From a virus (taxonomy: Duplodnaviria; Heunggongvirae; Uroviricota; Caudoviricetes), in the IMG/VR virus record IMGVR_UViG_3300042483_000604: DNA of 64,000 nucleotides, one strand, 5' to 3'. Below, one piece after another: positions 38,119-47,848 of this stretch. A program made the position numbers and the translations under genes. Position 1 is the stretch's first letter. Each line of letters opens with the position of its first letter. The notes under the pieces are model-generated. The model had not been told where the DNA came from. It did not search any database and saw only the letters and a program-made list of their open reading frames with translations.

Positions 38119-38569
38119 ATATCGCTGAGTTTTTGTTATGTTCTTTAAATTCTACACTCACTACTCTTACTCTACCTTCTGTTTCTATTTGTATAAATTC
38201 AGATACTTTATCATAGATAAATTTAGCGAATTGTTCTGCTCCTGTAGCTGGAATTATTCTTAGTTGGATTATTTCTTCGTTGTGCATCTCTAATGCTTTT
38301 GGTAAGAATGGATCATCTTTTGCAATGATGTAAGTATGGTCGAACATATGGTCCATCCATGCTTTAGGAGGCATACCATCAATAGTGTTTTTAGCTCTCT
38401 TCATTCCTCCAAAGTCCCATACCCAGTTTCTTTCGTCTAGATCTCCTTCAAAAGTAATTTTGAAAGAAATACCATAACCGTGTAGGAACCTGCAATGAGT
38501 ACCTTCTGCTCTCCATTGACGAAATACTGTTGAGTATCCATCAAAGACTTTTGTTGATTGAAATTTCAT
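38108..38569 (-). CDS. queD: 6-carboxy-5,6,7,8-tetrahydropterin synthase
   Basis: T-fold PTPS/QueD pattern (CxxxHGH..., HxxxxE). Confidence 0.7.
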   Translation of the reverse strand: MKFQSTKVFDGYSTVFRQWRAEGTHCRFLHGYGISFKITFEGDLDERNWVWDFGGMKRAKNTIDGMPPKAWMDHMFDHTYIIAKDDPFLPKALEMHNEEIIQLRIIPATGAEQFAKFIYDKVSEFIQIETEGRVRVVSVEFKEHNKNSAIYGE

Positions 38570-38731
38570 TTGTTAAAATATTAAATTGTAAATTGTTGTC
38601 CATATAGCAACTGTTATAGCTCCTAGTAGGATCCATACAAATGCTTTTGTGTAGTCTTTCTTAAATCTCTTTTTAGGCTTTATTCCTAAAGCTTCTTTTA
38701 CGTGATCGTTTACCTGTCTCATAACTCTAAT

Positions 38732-39055
38732 TTAAACTAATTCTTCGTAAATACCAACTATTTCACTTAAAATTAATACTCCGGCTCCTATTAGAAGATT
38801 AAAAGGTAGTAGGAAGTATCCGAGTATTCTTATACCGGATTTAATAAATGAAATTGTTTGATGTAATTTTGGATCTGGAATTGCTAATAGATTTCTTCTA
38901 GCTGCTTCTTCAAGTAGTTCTTGCTGAGTTGTAAAGTTTGTATAGGTTTTGAAATCCTCAGGTGAAAGTTCTTTCTTTTTTTGTTCTAGAACTCTATCCA
39001 TTATAACCGATTGTTCTGCTCTCTCTATGGAGGGCTTCTTAAAATATGTTGCCAT
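38732..39055 (-). CDS. membrane protein
   Basis: C-terminal TM helices; promoter 39102-39133. Confidence 0.4.
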   Translation of the reverse strand: MATYFKKPSIERAEQSVIMDRVLEQKKKELSPEDFKTYTNFTTQQELLEEAARRNLLAIPDPKLHQTISFIKSGIRILGYFLLPFNLLIGAGVLILSEIVGIYEELV

Positions 39056-39101
39056 AAGGTGTGTTTTTAAAGTGGTGCTACGACACTGTTGTTATATGTT
39101 A

Positions 39102-39133
39102 ATAAATATAAGAAATATCTTTTTATGATCCAA
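39102..39133 (-). promoter_or_regulatory. promoter motif (TATATTTAT -7)
   Basis: sequence. Confidence 0.45.
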
Positions 39134-39145
39134 CTTACTAAAGTT

Positions 39146-40264
39146 TTATACTTTTGGAATGTCTGTTTGATACCATCCATCTCCTTCATATACGTTCATA
39201 ACATCTTGAAAATATTTCTCATACATAGGAGCTACATTCTCTAATGAGAACTTTTCTCCATACTCTCTACAAGTCTTATAATCTATTTCTCCGTTATTGA
39301 CTTTTATAGTTGCTTTTAAATAATCGTCAAACGTTCTACATCTATAGCCAGTTACTCCGTTTATATTATTCTCTGCAAATGCTCCCCAGTCTGAAGTGAT
39401 GGTAGGTGTTCCTGATAGAAGGTTTTCTATTTGCACTCCTCCAAATGGTTCAACATATTGTGAAGGTAAGAAGCATCCTTTTGCATTCTTCATTAACTTT
39501 TTTCTCTTCTCAGTACCAGCATACCCTACAAACTCTACATGAGGAGGAAAGATTCCATCCTTATATGGTCCATCAGCGTCAATCTGTCCTGCTATCTTTA
39601 ATTTATAACCTAAGTGTTCAGTAACCTGGATTGCTATATTAACTCCTTTTCCATCAAAGACTCTTCCTAAATATAAGAAGTAGTCTTCTTTTTTATCGCT
39701 AAATTCGAAATCAGAAAGATCAAAATAGTTTGGAATTACTACTTCATAGTTTTTCATATCGCAATAATTCACTCCCATCAGTCCGTAGTATGCATGATAG
39801 ATTGCATAAGATTCAAATACCTTCCAATTGGCCCAATGACCTCCGGCGTAACCTATTCCTGGTTCAACAGTTATTAAATCTGGATGTCCATCACATACTG
39901 GACGTACTCCTGATCCCCAGAATGGAAGTATGAAGTCATTCTTCTGTTTTCTCTTTCCTATTTCCTCTATAGCATTTTTATAGAAGGTTTGATAGGCTTC
40001 ATCCTCTACATTGTACTTAAAGAATTTAGATTTATAGTCGTGAGTACCATATACCTTTTTCCATACCTTATTGGTAATAACTGTTACGTTTTCCGCATAT
40101 GGAGCGTCGCTCTCCTCATGTCCGTAATGGTATATAGTATGCCCTCTCTCTCCCATCATCTTACAGAATTTCCAAGCTTTTTGTGTATAAGCACATGCTA
40201 CAAATTCTCTATTAGTGATTGTATGAGGAAGTCCTAATACGTGGAATGTAAATTTATTATTCAT
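39146..40264 (-). CDS. GT-B fold glycosyltransferase embedded in the DNA-modification block
   Basis: EPFGGVQIENLLSGTPTITSDWGAFAE E-x7-E motif. Confidence 0.55.
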   Translation of the reverse strand: MNNKFTFHVLGLPHTITNREFVACAYTQKAWKFCKMMGERGHTIYHYGHEESDAPYAENVTVITNKVWKKVYGTHDYKSKFFKYNVEDEAYQTFYKNAIEEIGKRKQKNDFILPFWGSGVRPVCDGHPDLITVEPGIGYAGGHWANWKVFESYAIYHAYYGLMGVNYCDMKNYEVVIPNYFDLSDFEFSDKKEDYFLYLGRVFDGKGVNIAIQVTEHLGYKLKIAGQIDADGPYKDGIFPPHVEFVGYAGTEKRKKLMKNAKGCFLPSQYVEPFGGVQIENLLSGTPTITSDWGAFAENNINGVTGYRCRTFDDYLKATIKVNNGEIDYKTCREYGEKFSLENVAPMYEKYFQDVMNVYEGDGWYQTDIPKV

Positions 40265-40270
40265 AGTTTT

Positions 40271-40299
40271 TAATATACGAAATTTATTTTAAGACTCCA
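40271..40299 (-). promoter_or_regulatory. promoter-like motif (weak)
   Basis: sequence. Confidence 0.3.
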
Positions 40300-40675
40300 A
40301 ACTTTTTGGATAGTATTTTTCGTACAACTCTGCTTCTTTCTTTCCACAGTCCTCACATTGAACTCCTCTTCCAACAGTGCTTAACATCTGATCGTACATT
40401 GATAGGTTATCTAGTTCTTTCATTTCTTCTTCAGTAAGATCTTCTCTTTCTAAATTATTCCACCAATCTTTTCTTCCCCATTTATCAATCATTGCTTCCA
40501 TTTCAGGAACAGGAATGCACATTGTTATAAATCCGTGATAACAATTTTCTTTTTCTTCACCGCAGTGGTGACATGTTTCTAGTTTTTTCATTTCCAAAAT
40601 AATTGAACCATCATTATTGCAAAAGCTAATCCAAGACATATAAGTGTCTTCAAAGTAAATGGTTCTTGAAACCAT
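40289..40675 (-). CDS. cysteine-rich zinc-finger hypothetical protein
   Basis: CHHCG...C and CEDCGKK pairs. Confidence 0.4.
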   Translation of the reverse strand: MVSRTIYFEDTYMSWISFCNNDGSIILEMKKLETCHHCGEEKENCYHGFITMCIPVPEMEAMIDKWGRKDWWNNLEREDLTEEEMKELDNLSMYDQMLSTVGRGVQCEDCGKKEAELYEKYYPKSLES

Positions 40676-40926
40676 AAATGTGCCATATAACTAAATACTA
40701 TTGCTCCTATTGAAAAGCCCATCAGTCTTGAAGGCCATAACTCTCCTCCAAAATGCGATACCATATACTTTACAGACATAATATAAAGAAAGGAAATTGG
40801 TACCCCCATTAGTGAAATAATCATTGGATGTTGTTTAAACCATTCCCATCTGAATTGTCCTTGTAGTTGTACAAATGTAAGTACTTGTGCCAGTACTCCG
40901 AAGCTAAAACCTATTATAAAATTCAT
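40588..40926 (-). CDS. membrane protein
   Basis: multiple TM helices. Confidence 0.4.
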   Translation of the reverse strand: MNFIIGFSFGVLAQVLTFVQLQGQFRWEWFKQHPMIISLMGVPISFLYIMSVKYMVSHFGGELWPSRLMGFSIGAIVFSYMAHLWFQEPFTLKTLICLGLAFAIMMVQLFWK

Positions 40927-41237
40927 ATGTACTGTATTAAGTAGTAGCTCAACTTATACCCTACAAATGCTCCAAGTGCTGAAGGTATTGGAAATACTAT
41001 TAGTTTTCCTAAATCTGTAACGTATTTAGGCCTGTTTAATAGCCTACCCATAAAGGCATAGTATGCTAGATATCCCAGTAATACTGCAATGTCTGTTCTT
41101 GTTGCAATGAATACAACTAGAGTTGCTCCAATAAAGGCAAAAGTAAAATTATCTCTTACTCCTTCCCAGATTTCTTTTCTAGTGGCGTCTTTATACTCCT
41201 TAACTATTTTTTTTACTTTTGCTTTTGGTACTTTCAT
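40923..41237 (-). CDS. membrane protein
   Basis: TM helices. Confidence 0.4.
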   Translation of the reverse strand: MKVPKAKVKKIVKEYKDATRKEIWEGVRDNFTFAFIGATLVVFIATRTDIAVLLGYLAYYAFMGRLLNRPKYVTDLGKLIVFPIPSALGAFVGYKLSYYLIQYI

Positions 41238-41239
41238 TT

Positions 41240-42394
41240 CTAATTGCTTAAAGGTGCTTTAATTGCTGGATGTGATTGATAATTAAATAACAATACATCT
41301 TCTATTGATGAACAATATATTCCATCTCTAACATGAACTGTTGGTAGTGGATAAGGTTCTCTTGTTCTTGTTGGTGTTGGTTTGTAATATTCATTATCAA
41401 AGTCAGGTAATTCATTTGGGTTAAAAAATCTTTCCATACCCGTTTCATAATTGTTACTAAACCATATATTATACCTCTCTTCATTAGTTAAATCTCTCCC
41501 AATTTGTTCTTTGGCTTGTTCAATATGATTTGAATACAAATGAACATCTCCTAAATTACCAATCAATTGATCAGGAACCATATTTACTTCATCTGCTAAC
41601 ATCATCAATAATAATCCATAAGAAGCAATGTTGAATGGTAAACCTAAGAATGTATCTACTGAACGTTGATTCCACATTAAAGAGATTGCTCTGGTTGGTA
41701 TTCCTTTACTGTCAAAATCTTCTTTAGTGTAACAATCTGCGGTACATCTATCTTTAAATTTAATATTATATTCATTATACCTTTCTTCGTGACTCAACTC
41801 TCTTGTATAAACTTGAAATCCATAATGACAAGGTGGAAGTACCATTTGATCTAATTCTCCAACATTCCAAGCATTAACCATCATTCGTCTTGAGTCTGGA
41901 TTGTTGGTAAGGTCTGCGATAAGTCTACGGATTTGGTCTACTTCATATATATTCATCCTCATATCAAAATCAGAGTTATCTATTGAGTTCCAACCTCTCC
42001 ATTGTTTACCGTAGATTGGTCCTAAATTACCCCATCTTTCAGCAAACTTATCATTTGTTTTAATAGTTTCAATAAACTCTTCCATACCCATTGGAAAGTT
42101 TCCTTTGTATGTGTTCACATAATTTTTAAAGGCATCACCATCCCAAATATGGCAATTATTATCGACCAAATATTTTATATTAGTACTACCCTGTAAAAAC
42201 CATAACAGTTCAGTTACAATTGTTTTGAATGGCATTTTCTTAGTTGTAAGCAAAGGAAAACCATCCTTCATGTTATGTCTGATAGTATAACCGAAGATTG
42301 ATTTTGTTCCTGTACCTGTTCTATCTTTCTTATCAACACCATGTTCTAGTATTGTCTGGAGTAAGTCTGTGTATTGTTTATCTAGTTTATTCAT
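41240..42394 (-). CDS. thyA: thymidylate synthase (ThyA) family enzyme with two large insertions (TS or pyrimidine dNMP hydroxymethylase)
   Basis: RTGTGT, FLQG, DSRR..NAWN, LPPCH nucleophile, FLGLPFNIASYGLL, HLYSNH; 384 aa versus ~265 for canonical ThyA. Confidence 0.6.
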   Translation of the reverse strand: MNKLDKQYTDLLQTILEHGVDKKDRTGTGTKSIFGYTIRHNMKDGFPLLTTKKMPFKTIVTELLWFLQGSTNIKYLVDNNCHIWDGDAFKNYVNTYKGNFPMGMEEFIETIKTNDKFAERWGNLGPIYGKQWRGWNSIDNSDFDMRMNIYEVDQIRRLIADLTNNPDSRRMMVNAWNVGELDQMVLPPCHYGFQVYTRELSHEERYNEYNIKFKDRCTADCYTKEDFDSKGIPTRAISLMWNQRSVDTFLGLPFNIASYGLLLMMLADEVNMVPDQLIGNLGDVHLYSNHIEQAKEQIGRDLTNEERYNIWFSNNYETGMERFFNPNELPDFDNEYYKPTPTRTREPYPLPTVHVRDGIYCSSIEDVLLFNYQSHPAIKAPLSN

Positions 42395-42578
42395 TCAAAT
42401 ACTTATTAAACATTTCTTTTGCTTTTTCTATATTGTTAGTATCTTCTTCTAGAATAGCTAGAATAATAAAGTTTGCTTCTTCTTCAGTACATTTTTCAAT
42501 TATGTCAATGTATACTTCTACATCAACTCCTAATTCATCTGCGATGGCCATATCCATCATGTCAAATAGTCCTGCCAT
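42387..42578 (-). CDS. small acidic hypothetical protein
   Basis: ORF track. Confidence 0.35.
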   Translation of the reverse strand: MAGLFDMMDMAIADELGVDVEVYIDIIEKCTEEEANFIILAILEEDTNNIEKAKEMFNKYLNE

Positions 42579-42581
42579 ACT

Positions 42582-42800
42582 TTAGTTTTTTATATTTTCT
42601 TCTAAATGCCATAAGATGCCTTCAAACTTATCTCTAATGTGGGTATATTGGTAGTAAGGCATTCCTTCGTCCTGTAATCTTTTTACATAAAGTCTTACTA
42701 ATTTATAAGCATTCATACGATGTGCTAGCGTCTCACATGAATTGATTACTTTCTCAATCCAAATTTCAATATCTACTGGTGTGTTACTTTCTGCTGCCAT
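42582..42800 (-). CDS. hypothetical protein
   Basis: ORF track. Confidence 0.4.
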   Translation of the reverse strand: MAAESNTPVDIEIWIEKVINSCETLAHRMNAYKLVRLYVKRLQDEGMPYYQYTHIRDKFEGILWHLEENIKN

Positions 42801-43018
42801 TATAATCTACTAAATTTTAATACTCTAGTTGCTTCTACTGCTTCCATAAATTGTTTATGTGCTGAGTTCTGTGAAGGCTTTCTTCCAGATGGAGTTGTTA
42901 TCTTCTTTACTGCTCTAGGCTTTCCTTGCTCTCCCCAATGAATGAAATAATGTCCTGCATCTTTTATAAATGCAATTTCATTTCCATTCACCGTCACTGT
43001 CAATAATGTTTTTACCAT
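42800..43018 (-). CDS. hypothetical protein
   Basis: ORF track. Confidence 0.4.
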   Translation of the reverse strand: MVKTLLTVTVNGNEIAFIKDAGHYFIHWGEQGKPRAVKKITTPSGRKPSQNSAHKQFMEAVEATRVLKFSRL

Positions 43019-43386
43019 TTTACTTTAACGTATAAATTGTCTAATATGTTTTGTTTTTTACCTCTGATTGTATCTTCAAGGTCTGCTCTTTGTTTTGATA
43101 CTTCTTCTTTGATTCTCTGTACAGCACGCTCTGTTACTTTCTTATCAAGGTTAAGAGGGTAGATTTGTTTTGTATTTACAATTTCTGCTTTCTCTATATC
43201 GATGATCAGATCAAGGTGAAGGCAAGGTACTTGAATAAAGTATTTAGCTACCTCTGGATCTTTAAGGGGTGTTTCTGCTTTAGGATGATAAAGCAATTTA
43301 AGTATATTTCTATACCCTCTTAAGTCTTCTTGAGTTAATTGTTGTCTAAATTTCTTAGCAATCTTAATTCTAGTTCTTCTAAACAT
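43012..43386 (-). CDS. hypothetical protein
   Basis: ORF track; promoter 43410-43442. Confidence 0.45.
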   Translation of the reverse strand: MFRRTRIKIAKKFRQQLTQEDLRGYRNILKLLYHPKAETPLKDPEVAKYFIQVPCLHLDLIIDIEKAEIVNTKQIYPLNLDKKVTERAVQRIKEEVSKQRADLEDTIRGKKQNILDNLYVKVKW

Positions 43387-43409
43387 AACCTTTTTGTTTT
43401 TAATTAATA

Positions 43410-43442
43410 CTTAAAGATAAGAAAAAAGACTCACATATGCAA
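43410..43442 (-). promoter_or_regulatory. promoter motif
   Basis: sequence. Confidence 0.5.
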
Positions 43443-43454
43443 GCCTTTTTCTAT

Positions 43455-44156
43455 TTATTTTACAAATAATATATTACTTTCAGAATCCCATTCTATATTC
43501 CAAGGCTTCTGAGTATATTCGTATCTTTCGTCTAATACTGAGGCATTTATATAATGTATGCCGTCAATAGTCTCAACTCCATATCCTGAATGAATATGTC
43601 CACAGACATGGATCTTTGGTCTAAATCTCTGAATTCTTTCTGCTAATAATTCACATCCTAAATTGTCCCAAGGTCTTCCTTCTACTGTATCAACAGAACC
43701 CCAAGCCGGGCCGTGTGTGATTAAGATGTCTGTGTTGTCAGGAATTGCTTCCCACTTGCCTGATAATTCAAGACTGTTTCTTTGTAAATTAAATGCCCAT
43801 GAATAGAATTCTGGTTGCCAAGGTGATCCGTAAATCTTAATGCTCTTATCTGTTGCTAAGTCATATATCTCGTATGCCTCGTCTTGCAGATAGATTATGT
43901 TTGGAAATTTAGATAACCATTCTTTTACATCTTCAGGATGGTTTTGAAACATTCTATCATGATTACCTGCTATGAACACTTTCTTATCGTAGCCTGGAAT
44001 TGAATCATACCAGTGTAAGAAATCAAAGATATCATTCTTATTGTATCCTGAGTTCATAATATCACCAGCATGGATTAGTAAATCACCACCAGGTAAATCT
44101 GAATATGGTATTTGTCCTTGCCGTGTATGTGTATCTGATATGAATGTTATTTTCAT
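43455..44156 (-). CDS. calcineurin-like metallophosphoesterase
   Basis: GDxxN...GNHD...GHIH motif series. Confidence 0.65.
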   Translation of the reverse strand: MKITFISDTHTRQGQIPYSDLPGGDLLIHAGDIMNSGYNKNDIFDFLHWYDSIPGYDKKVFIAGNHDRMFQNHPEDVKEWLSKFPNIIYLQDEAYEIYDLATDKSIKIYGSPWQPEFYSWAFNLQRNSLELSGKWEAIPDNTDILITHGPAWGSVDTVEGRPWDNLGCELLAERIQRFRPKIHVCGHIHSGYGVETIDGIHYINASVLDERYEYTQKPWNIEWDSESNILFVK

Positions 44157-44386
44157 TATAGTTTTTTGTTTTTAAAGTTCTGCCAAGATTCATCTTCATC
44201 TAGAAATTTCTCAATAAGAAAATATATACCTACTACCACAGCAGCAATATTAAGTAAGGGAATGAGTAAATAAGGTAGTGGTTCTAAAAATTCTTTTACA
44301 GCCCCTCCATCTCTTTTAACTAAAAAATAAACACCTACTATTGATATTAGTAGAGGTAAAACGTAAAGTAATAAAATCCAAATCAT
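44156..44386 (-). CDS. small membrane protein
   Basis: two TM helices; promoter 44408-44440. Confidence 0.4.
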   Translation of the reverse strand: MIWILLLYVLPLLISIVGVYFLVKRDGGAVKEFLEPLPYLLIPLLNIAAVVVGIYFLIEKFLDEDESWQNFKNKKL

Positions 44387-44407
44387 ATCTTTTGCTTTTA
44401 AATTATA

Positions 44408-44440
44408 CCTAAATATATGAAATTATATTTGGCTTTCCAA
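44408..44440 (-). promoter_or_regulatory. promoter motif
   Basis: sequence. Confidence 0.5.
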
Positions 44441-44899
44441 ACTTTTCATTATAATTTTATAAACTTTTTTACCCTTATGTGGATCTCCTTTTCCAATTGC
44501 CGGATGTATTATTGTTCCTGGAAATTGTTTGTAGTACCTGTCTAGAGTACTTTGGTTCATTCTTCTTACTGTACCCCAACCCCATGAGCCTTGAATGATA
44601 AAAAGACGAGCATTTGGAAAAGTTCTCTTAATAGTATTTAATAAAACATCTATACCTCTGTCCTTGTATCCATCGTTTACTCCTATGCATACACATACGC
44701 TTTTAACTGCAGGAGATACAGGGTATTTAAGTGTCTTCCTATTCAATTTAACAACACCTATACCTGATTGGCATAACTGTTTTACTTGTTTAATTTCAGT
44801 TGAATGCCTGGCCAGTAGGTATGTTTGCGAATCACCTATTAGGATATGTTCCTGACTAAAACTAAATATTGTAAATAGTAAAAGTAAATATTTTATCAT
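44423..44899 (-). CDS. secreted SGNH/GDSL hydrolase
   Basis: signal peptide, IGDSQT block I and GVNDG block III. Confidence 0.55.
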   Translation of the reverse strand: MIKYLLLLFTIFSFSQEHILIGDSQTYLLARHSTEIKQVKQLCQSGIGVVKLNRKTLKYPVSPAVKSVCVCIGVNDGYKDRGIDVLLNTIKRTFPNARLFIIQGSWGWGTVRRMNQSTLDRYYKQFPGTIIHPAIGKGDPHKGKKVYKIIMKSLESQI

Positions 44900-45029
44900 T
44901 TATCTTTTTTTGGTTCATCTTCTCCAAACAAATCCTCTCCTTTATAGTCTGGATGTTTTGTATGCATTTCATCTATTCCTCTAACCCATAGTGCTACTAT
45001 TCCAATTAGCACAAATATTCCTATAGTAA

Positions 45030-45647
45030 TTAATCCCACCATCCTTCAATATTTTCTTCCATTATTCTAAACAGTAATTTTCTTGCTCTGTCGTGATTTA
45101 TATGAGCAATATTCATTGCGATAATTCTTTTTATTTCAGATTCATCTCTATCATCTAAAGTAAATGGTCCTTCACCTTTTAACACTCTCTTATAGACTAA
45201 AGGATACTTTTTAAAGAACTCATCATAATTTTCCCATATCTCTTCTGAATTATATAAAGATGATCCTTCACGATCCTCACAAGGTGTAAACCAAACTCTG
45301 TCCTTATGGTAATCCATATACTCCATTAAATAAGGCTCATCTTGACATGCTTGAATTAATTTAACACATATTCTCATATTACGAGCATCTTGCTGTGCTC
45401 GAGTATGAAAATCTCTTCTTCCAATATAATTGGCTTGAGCTTTCAACTTATGTTTCATTACTTCATAAATGTAATGCCCGTCCCAATTTCTATCTTTCCA
45501 TATAATTGGAAACCAGTAAATAAGATTTTGAATACCCCATTTAATTTCTTTATGTAAGTATTTACCATCATGTTCCCACCACAGATATATTCTTCTAAAG
45601 AAGTTTGGTCTTGGTTGGTTTTTTAAATCTTCAAAAAAATCTTCCAT
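45030..45647 (-). CDS. hypothetical protein
   Basis: ORF track. Confidence 0.45.
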   Translation of the reverse strand: MEDFFEDLKNQPRPNFFRRIYLWWEHDGKYLHKEIKWGIQNLIYWFPIIWKDRNWDGHYIYEVMKHKLKAQANYIGRRDFHTRAQQDARNMRICVKLIQACQDEPYLMEYMDYHKDRVWFTPCEDREGSSLYNSEEIWENYDEFFKKYPLVYKRVLKGEGPFTLDDRDESEIKRIIAMNIAHINHDRARKLLFRIMEENIEGWWD

Positions 45648-45652
45648 AATTT

Positions 45653-46582
45653 TTATACTGTATGTTCAATTTGTACTCTTACACAATTCTGAGGTAATCT
45701 ATGGATGTGTCTGTAGTTGTTTATGTAACCCATCATATTTGCACTACCAACTGCATTTGCAGAATGTATTACAACATCAACAACAGGAGATCCATCAAGC
45801 CACTGATTGACCAACCATTTAGTGCAATCCATTCCAGTTTTCTCTTCAATGTTATCATAATTTAATTCGTAGTTGTGATACACGTTTGAGTGCCATTCAG
45901 CCATTGCTGAAGGTCCTAAATCATGATCTAATGAAATTATATCAATGTTTTCTAACCCGTAATAAGTAATTTGATCTACAAATTGTTCATAGTTTCTAAC
46001 TACTTTCCAAGTTGGATCAACTGGTGTTCTTACGTCGTCTAGGTATATTTTTATTTTATTCATATCAACAGTATTTTCAATACAAGTACAATCTGTTAAA
46101 TTGTCATTACAGTCTTTACATTGCAGTTTAGGTTCTTCTTTAGGAATGATGATTTTGTATTTACCCTTTAAACATTCTTTAGCATTTGGACAACTATCAT
46201 AATTCCATTCACAATTAAGACAAACACCTAATTCTTGTTTAATCTCAACAAACTCACAACTCTGATTCTTAACAAACCATTCTAGGAATTTATCATCAAT
46301 AGCTTGTACACCATCTTTGATTAACTCTTGGTCTGTTGTTAGAATGATTTTTCTCCAATCTCTTCTATCAAACAATCCTTGAGCATCTACTAATTTTGGA
46401 GTTGCTTGTATAAGGTAAATTCCATCAGTACACCATTCTCTTTCTTTAATTTCTTCATCAGAAGTGATATAGATATTTTGAGTATTCTTTCTCCATTGAA
46501 GTCTGTGTAATTCTAATACACCATCTTTGTTGTAAGATAATCTACTTGAATTTTCCGTTGGTAATACGTGTATGTTTTTCAT
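45653..46582 (-). CDS. cysteine-rich hypothetical protein
   Basis: multiple CxxC pairs in the central region. Confidence 0.45.
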   Translation of the reverse strand: MKNIHVLPTENSSRLSYNKDGVLELHRLQWRKNTQNIYITSDEEIKEREWCTDGIYLIQATPKLVDAQGLFDRRDWRKIILTTDQELIKDGVQAIDDKFLEWFVKNQSCEFVEIKQELGVCLNCEWNYDSCPNAKECLKGKYKIIIPKEEPKLQCKDCNDNLTDCTCIENTVDMNKIKIYLDDVRTPVDPTWKVVRNYEQFVDQITYYGLENIDIISLDHDLGPSAMAEWHSNVYHNYELNYDNIEEKTGMDCTKWLVNQWLDGSPVVDVVIHSANAVGSANMMGYINNYRHIHRLPQNCVRVQIEHTV

Positions 46583-46619
46583 AACCTTTACTTTAAATTA
46601 ATATCTAAATATACGAAAT

Positions 46620-47066
46620 TTATTTTGATAAAACAAACAATTCGTATACAGAATTTTCTGTATTAAATTTAATATAATCTTCTCTTTGTTCTACAATTTC
46701 TGTTACTGGTGTTGTTTGCCAAGTGAATGAAGGTCCGAATGGAGACATTAATAAACTTCTTCCAACAGCAATGTCTTTAAAGTCTGCTTTGTATCTTCCT
46801 TCTTCATCAAACTCTAACCATTTTATTCCTACTGATGTTTTAGTTAGTTGATCTCTTTCTCGAACTAATTTGTATTTTGGTTCTAGTTCTTTTCCGAAGA
46901 TGGACTTAAATGCTTCATCTAGATCAAATGTACCTTGCTCATTTTGAGTTAGTAATATTTTTGGCTGTGCTCCTCCTATCATAATCCTTTTTCTTTTTTG
47001 AATCGTTCTAATACACCATCCTGCAATACCAGTCCTTTCTCTCCTGCCACTCTTTCTACTAACCAT
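46620..47066 (-). CDS. hypothetical protein
   Basis: ORF track. Confidence 0.4.
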   Translation of the reverse strand: MVSRKSGRRERTGIAGWCIRTIQKRKRIMIGGAQPKILLTQNEQGTFDLDEAFKSIFGKELEPKYKLVRERDQLTKTSVGIKWLEFDEEGRYKADFKDIAVGRSLLMSPFGPSFTWQTTPVTEIVEQREDYIKFNTENSVYELFVLSK

Positions 47067-47212
47067 ATTGCAAACTCAGCAGCAAATTCTTCTGCTATTT
47101 TTTCGCATTCCATAGCATTATCTTCTGCTACATCTTTATCGTATGTGTTGGATAACATCCCGCTACCCATAAAGCAGTACATTCTAGGTAAAAACTTTTC
47201 TTTTAGTGTCAT
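46979..47212 (-). CDS. hypothetical protein
   Basis: ORF track. Confidence 0.35.
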   Translation of the reverse strand: MTLKEKFLPRMYCFMGSGMLSNTYDKDVAEDNAMECEKIAEEFAAEFAIWLVERVAGEKGLVLQDGVLERFKKEKGL

Positions 47213-47213
47213 A

Positions 47214-47774
47214 TTAAAATTTACTTTTTAAATCTTGTTTCTTAATAATCTGTTTCAATCTTTGAACGTATGTTGGATCCTCAGCATAGTTCTGTCTTAA
47301 GTATTCAAAATACTCTCCTTCAGTTTTAATACTTCTTAAGTAAGATGAATAATACAAAGCATAATCGATAACTGATTCTTGCCACGAATCGTAATACGCA
47401 TGATTTCTGTTTGTACCTTTTGCTAAATTAGCTCTTAACTTAGCTTCTTTCATACCGAACATGTTATTGTTCTCTAGAAAGATAGTTGATTTAAAATGCC
47501 CTGATTCTAATTTAGCTTGTGCTAGAATGATGTGAGGGTATCTAAAATTTAACTCTGTAATCTTTTCAATTAGTTTTTCTTCTGAGAACTCATTATATTC
47601 TCTAATTACTATTAATTTGTCTTCTTGAGATAAATTTTGTACCTCATTTGCTGGATTAGATGTGAATCCAAATAATAGTATTAATCCTACTGCTGCTCCT
47701 AAACCTGTTAATGTTTTGTTACTTACATTAACTTTTTCCGGTAACAATGTTTCTTCATTAAATTTGTAGTACAT
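47214..47774 (-). CDS. membrane-anchored N-acetylglucosaminidase-like peptidoglycan hydrolase
   Basis: ESGHFKS...NNNMFGMK resembles the FlgJ/LytD glucosaminidase motif; N-terminal TM. Confidence 0.5.
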   Translation of the reverse strand: MYYKFNEETLLPEKVNVSNKTLTGLGAAVGLILLFGFTSNPANEVQNLSQEDKLIVIREYNEFSEEKLIEKITELNFRYPHIILAQAKLESGHFKSTIFLENNNMFGMKEAKLRANLAKGTNRNHAYYDSWQESVIDYALYYSSYLRSIKTEGEYFEYLRQNYAEDPTYVQRLKQIIKKQDLKSKF

Positions 47775-47798
47775 AACCTTTTTGTTTTAATTATTATA

Positions 47799-47831
47799 CC
47801 TAAATATATGAAAAAAGAGTTGAACTAGCAA
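47799..47831 (-). promoter_or_regulatory. promoter motif with palindromic spacer
   Basis: sequence. Confidence 0.55.
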
Positions 47832-47848
47832 CTCTTTTAGTAATTATT

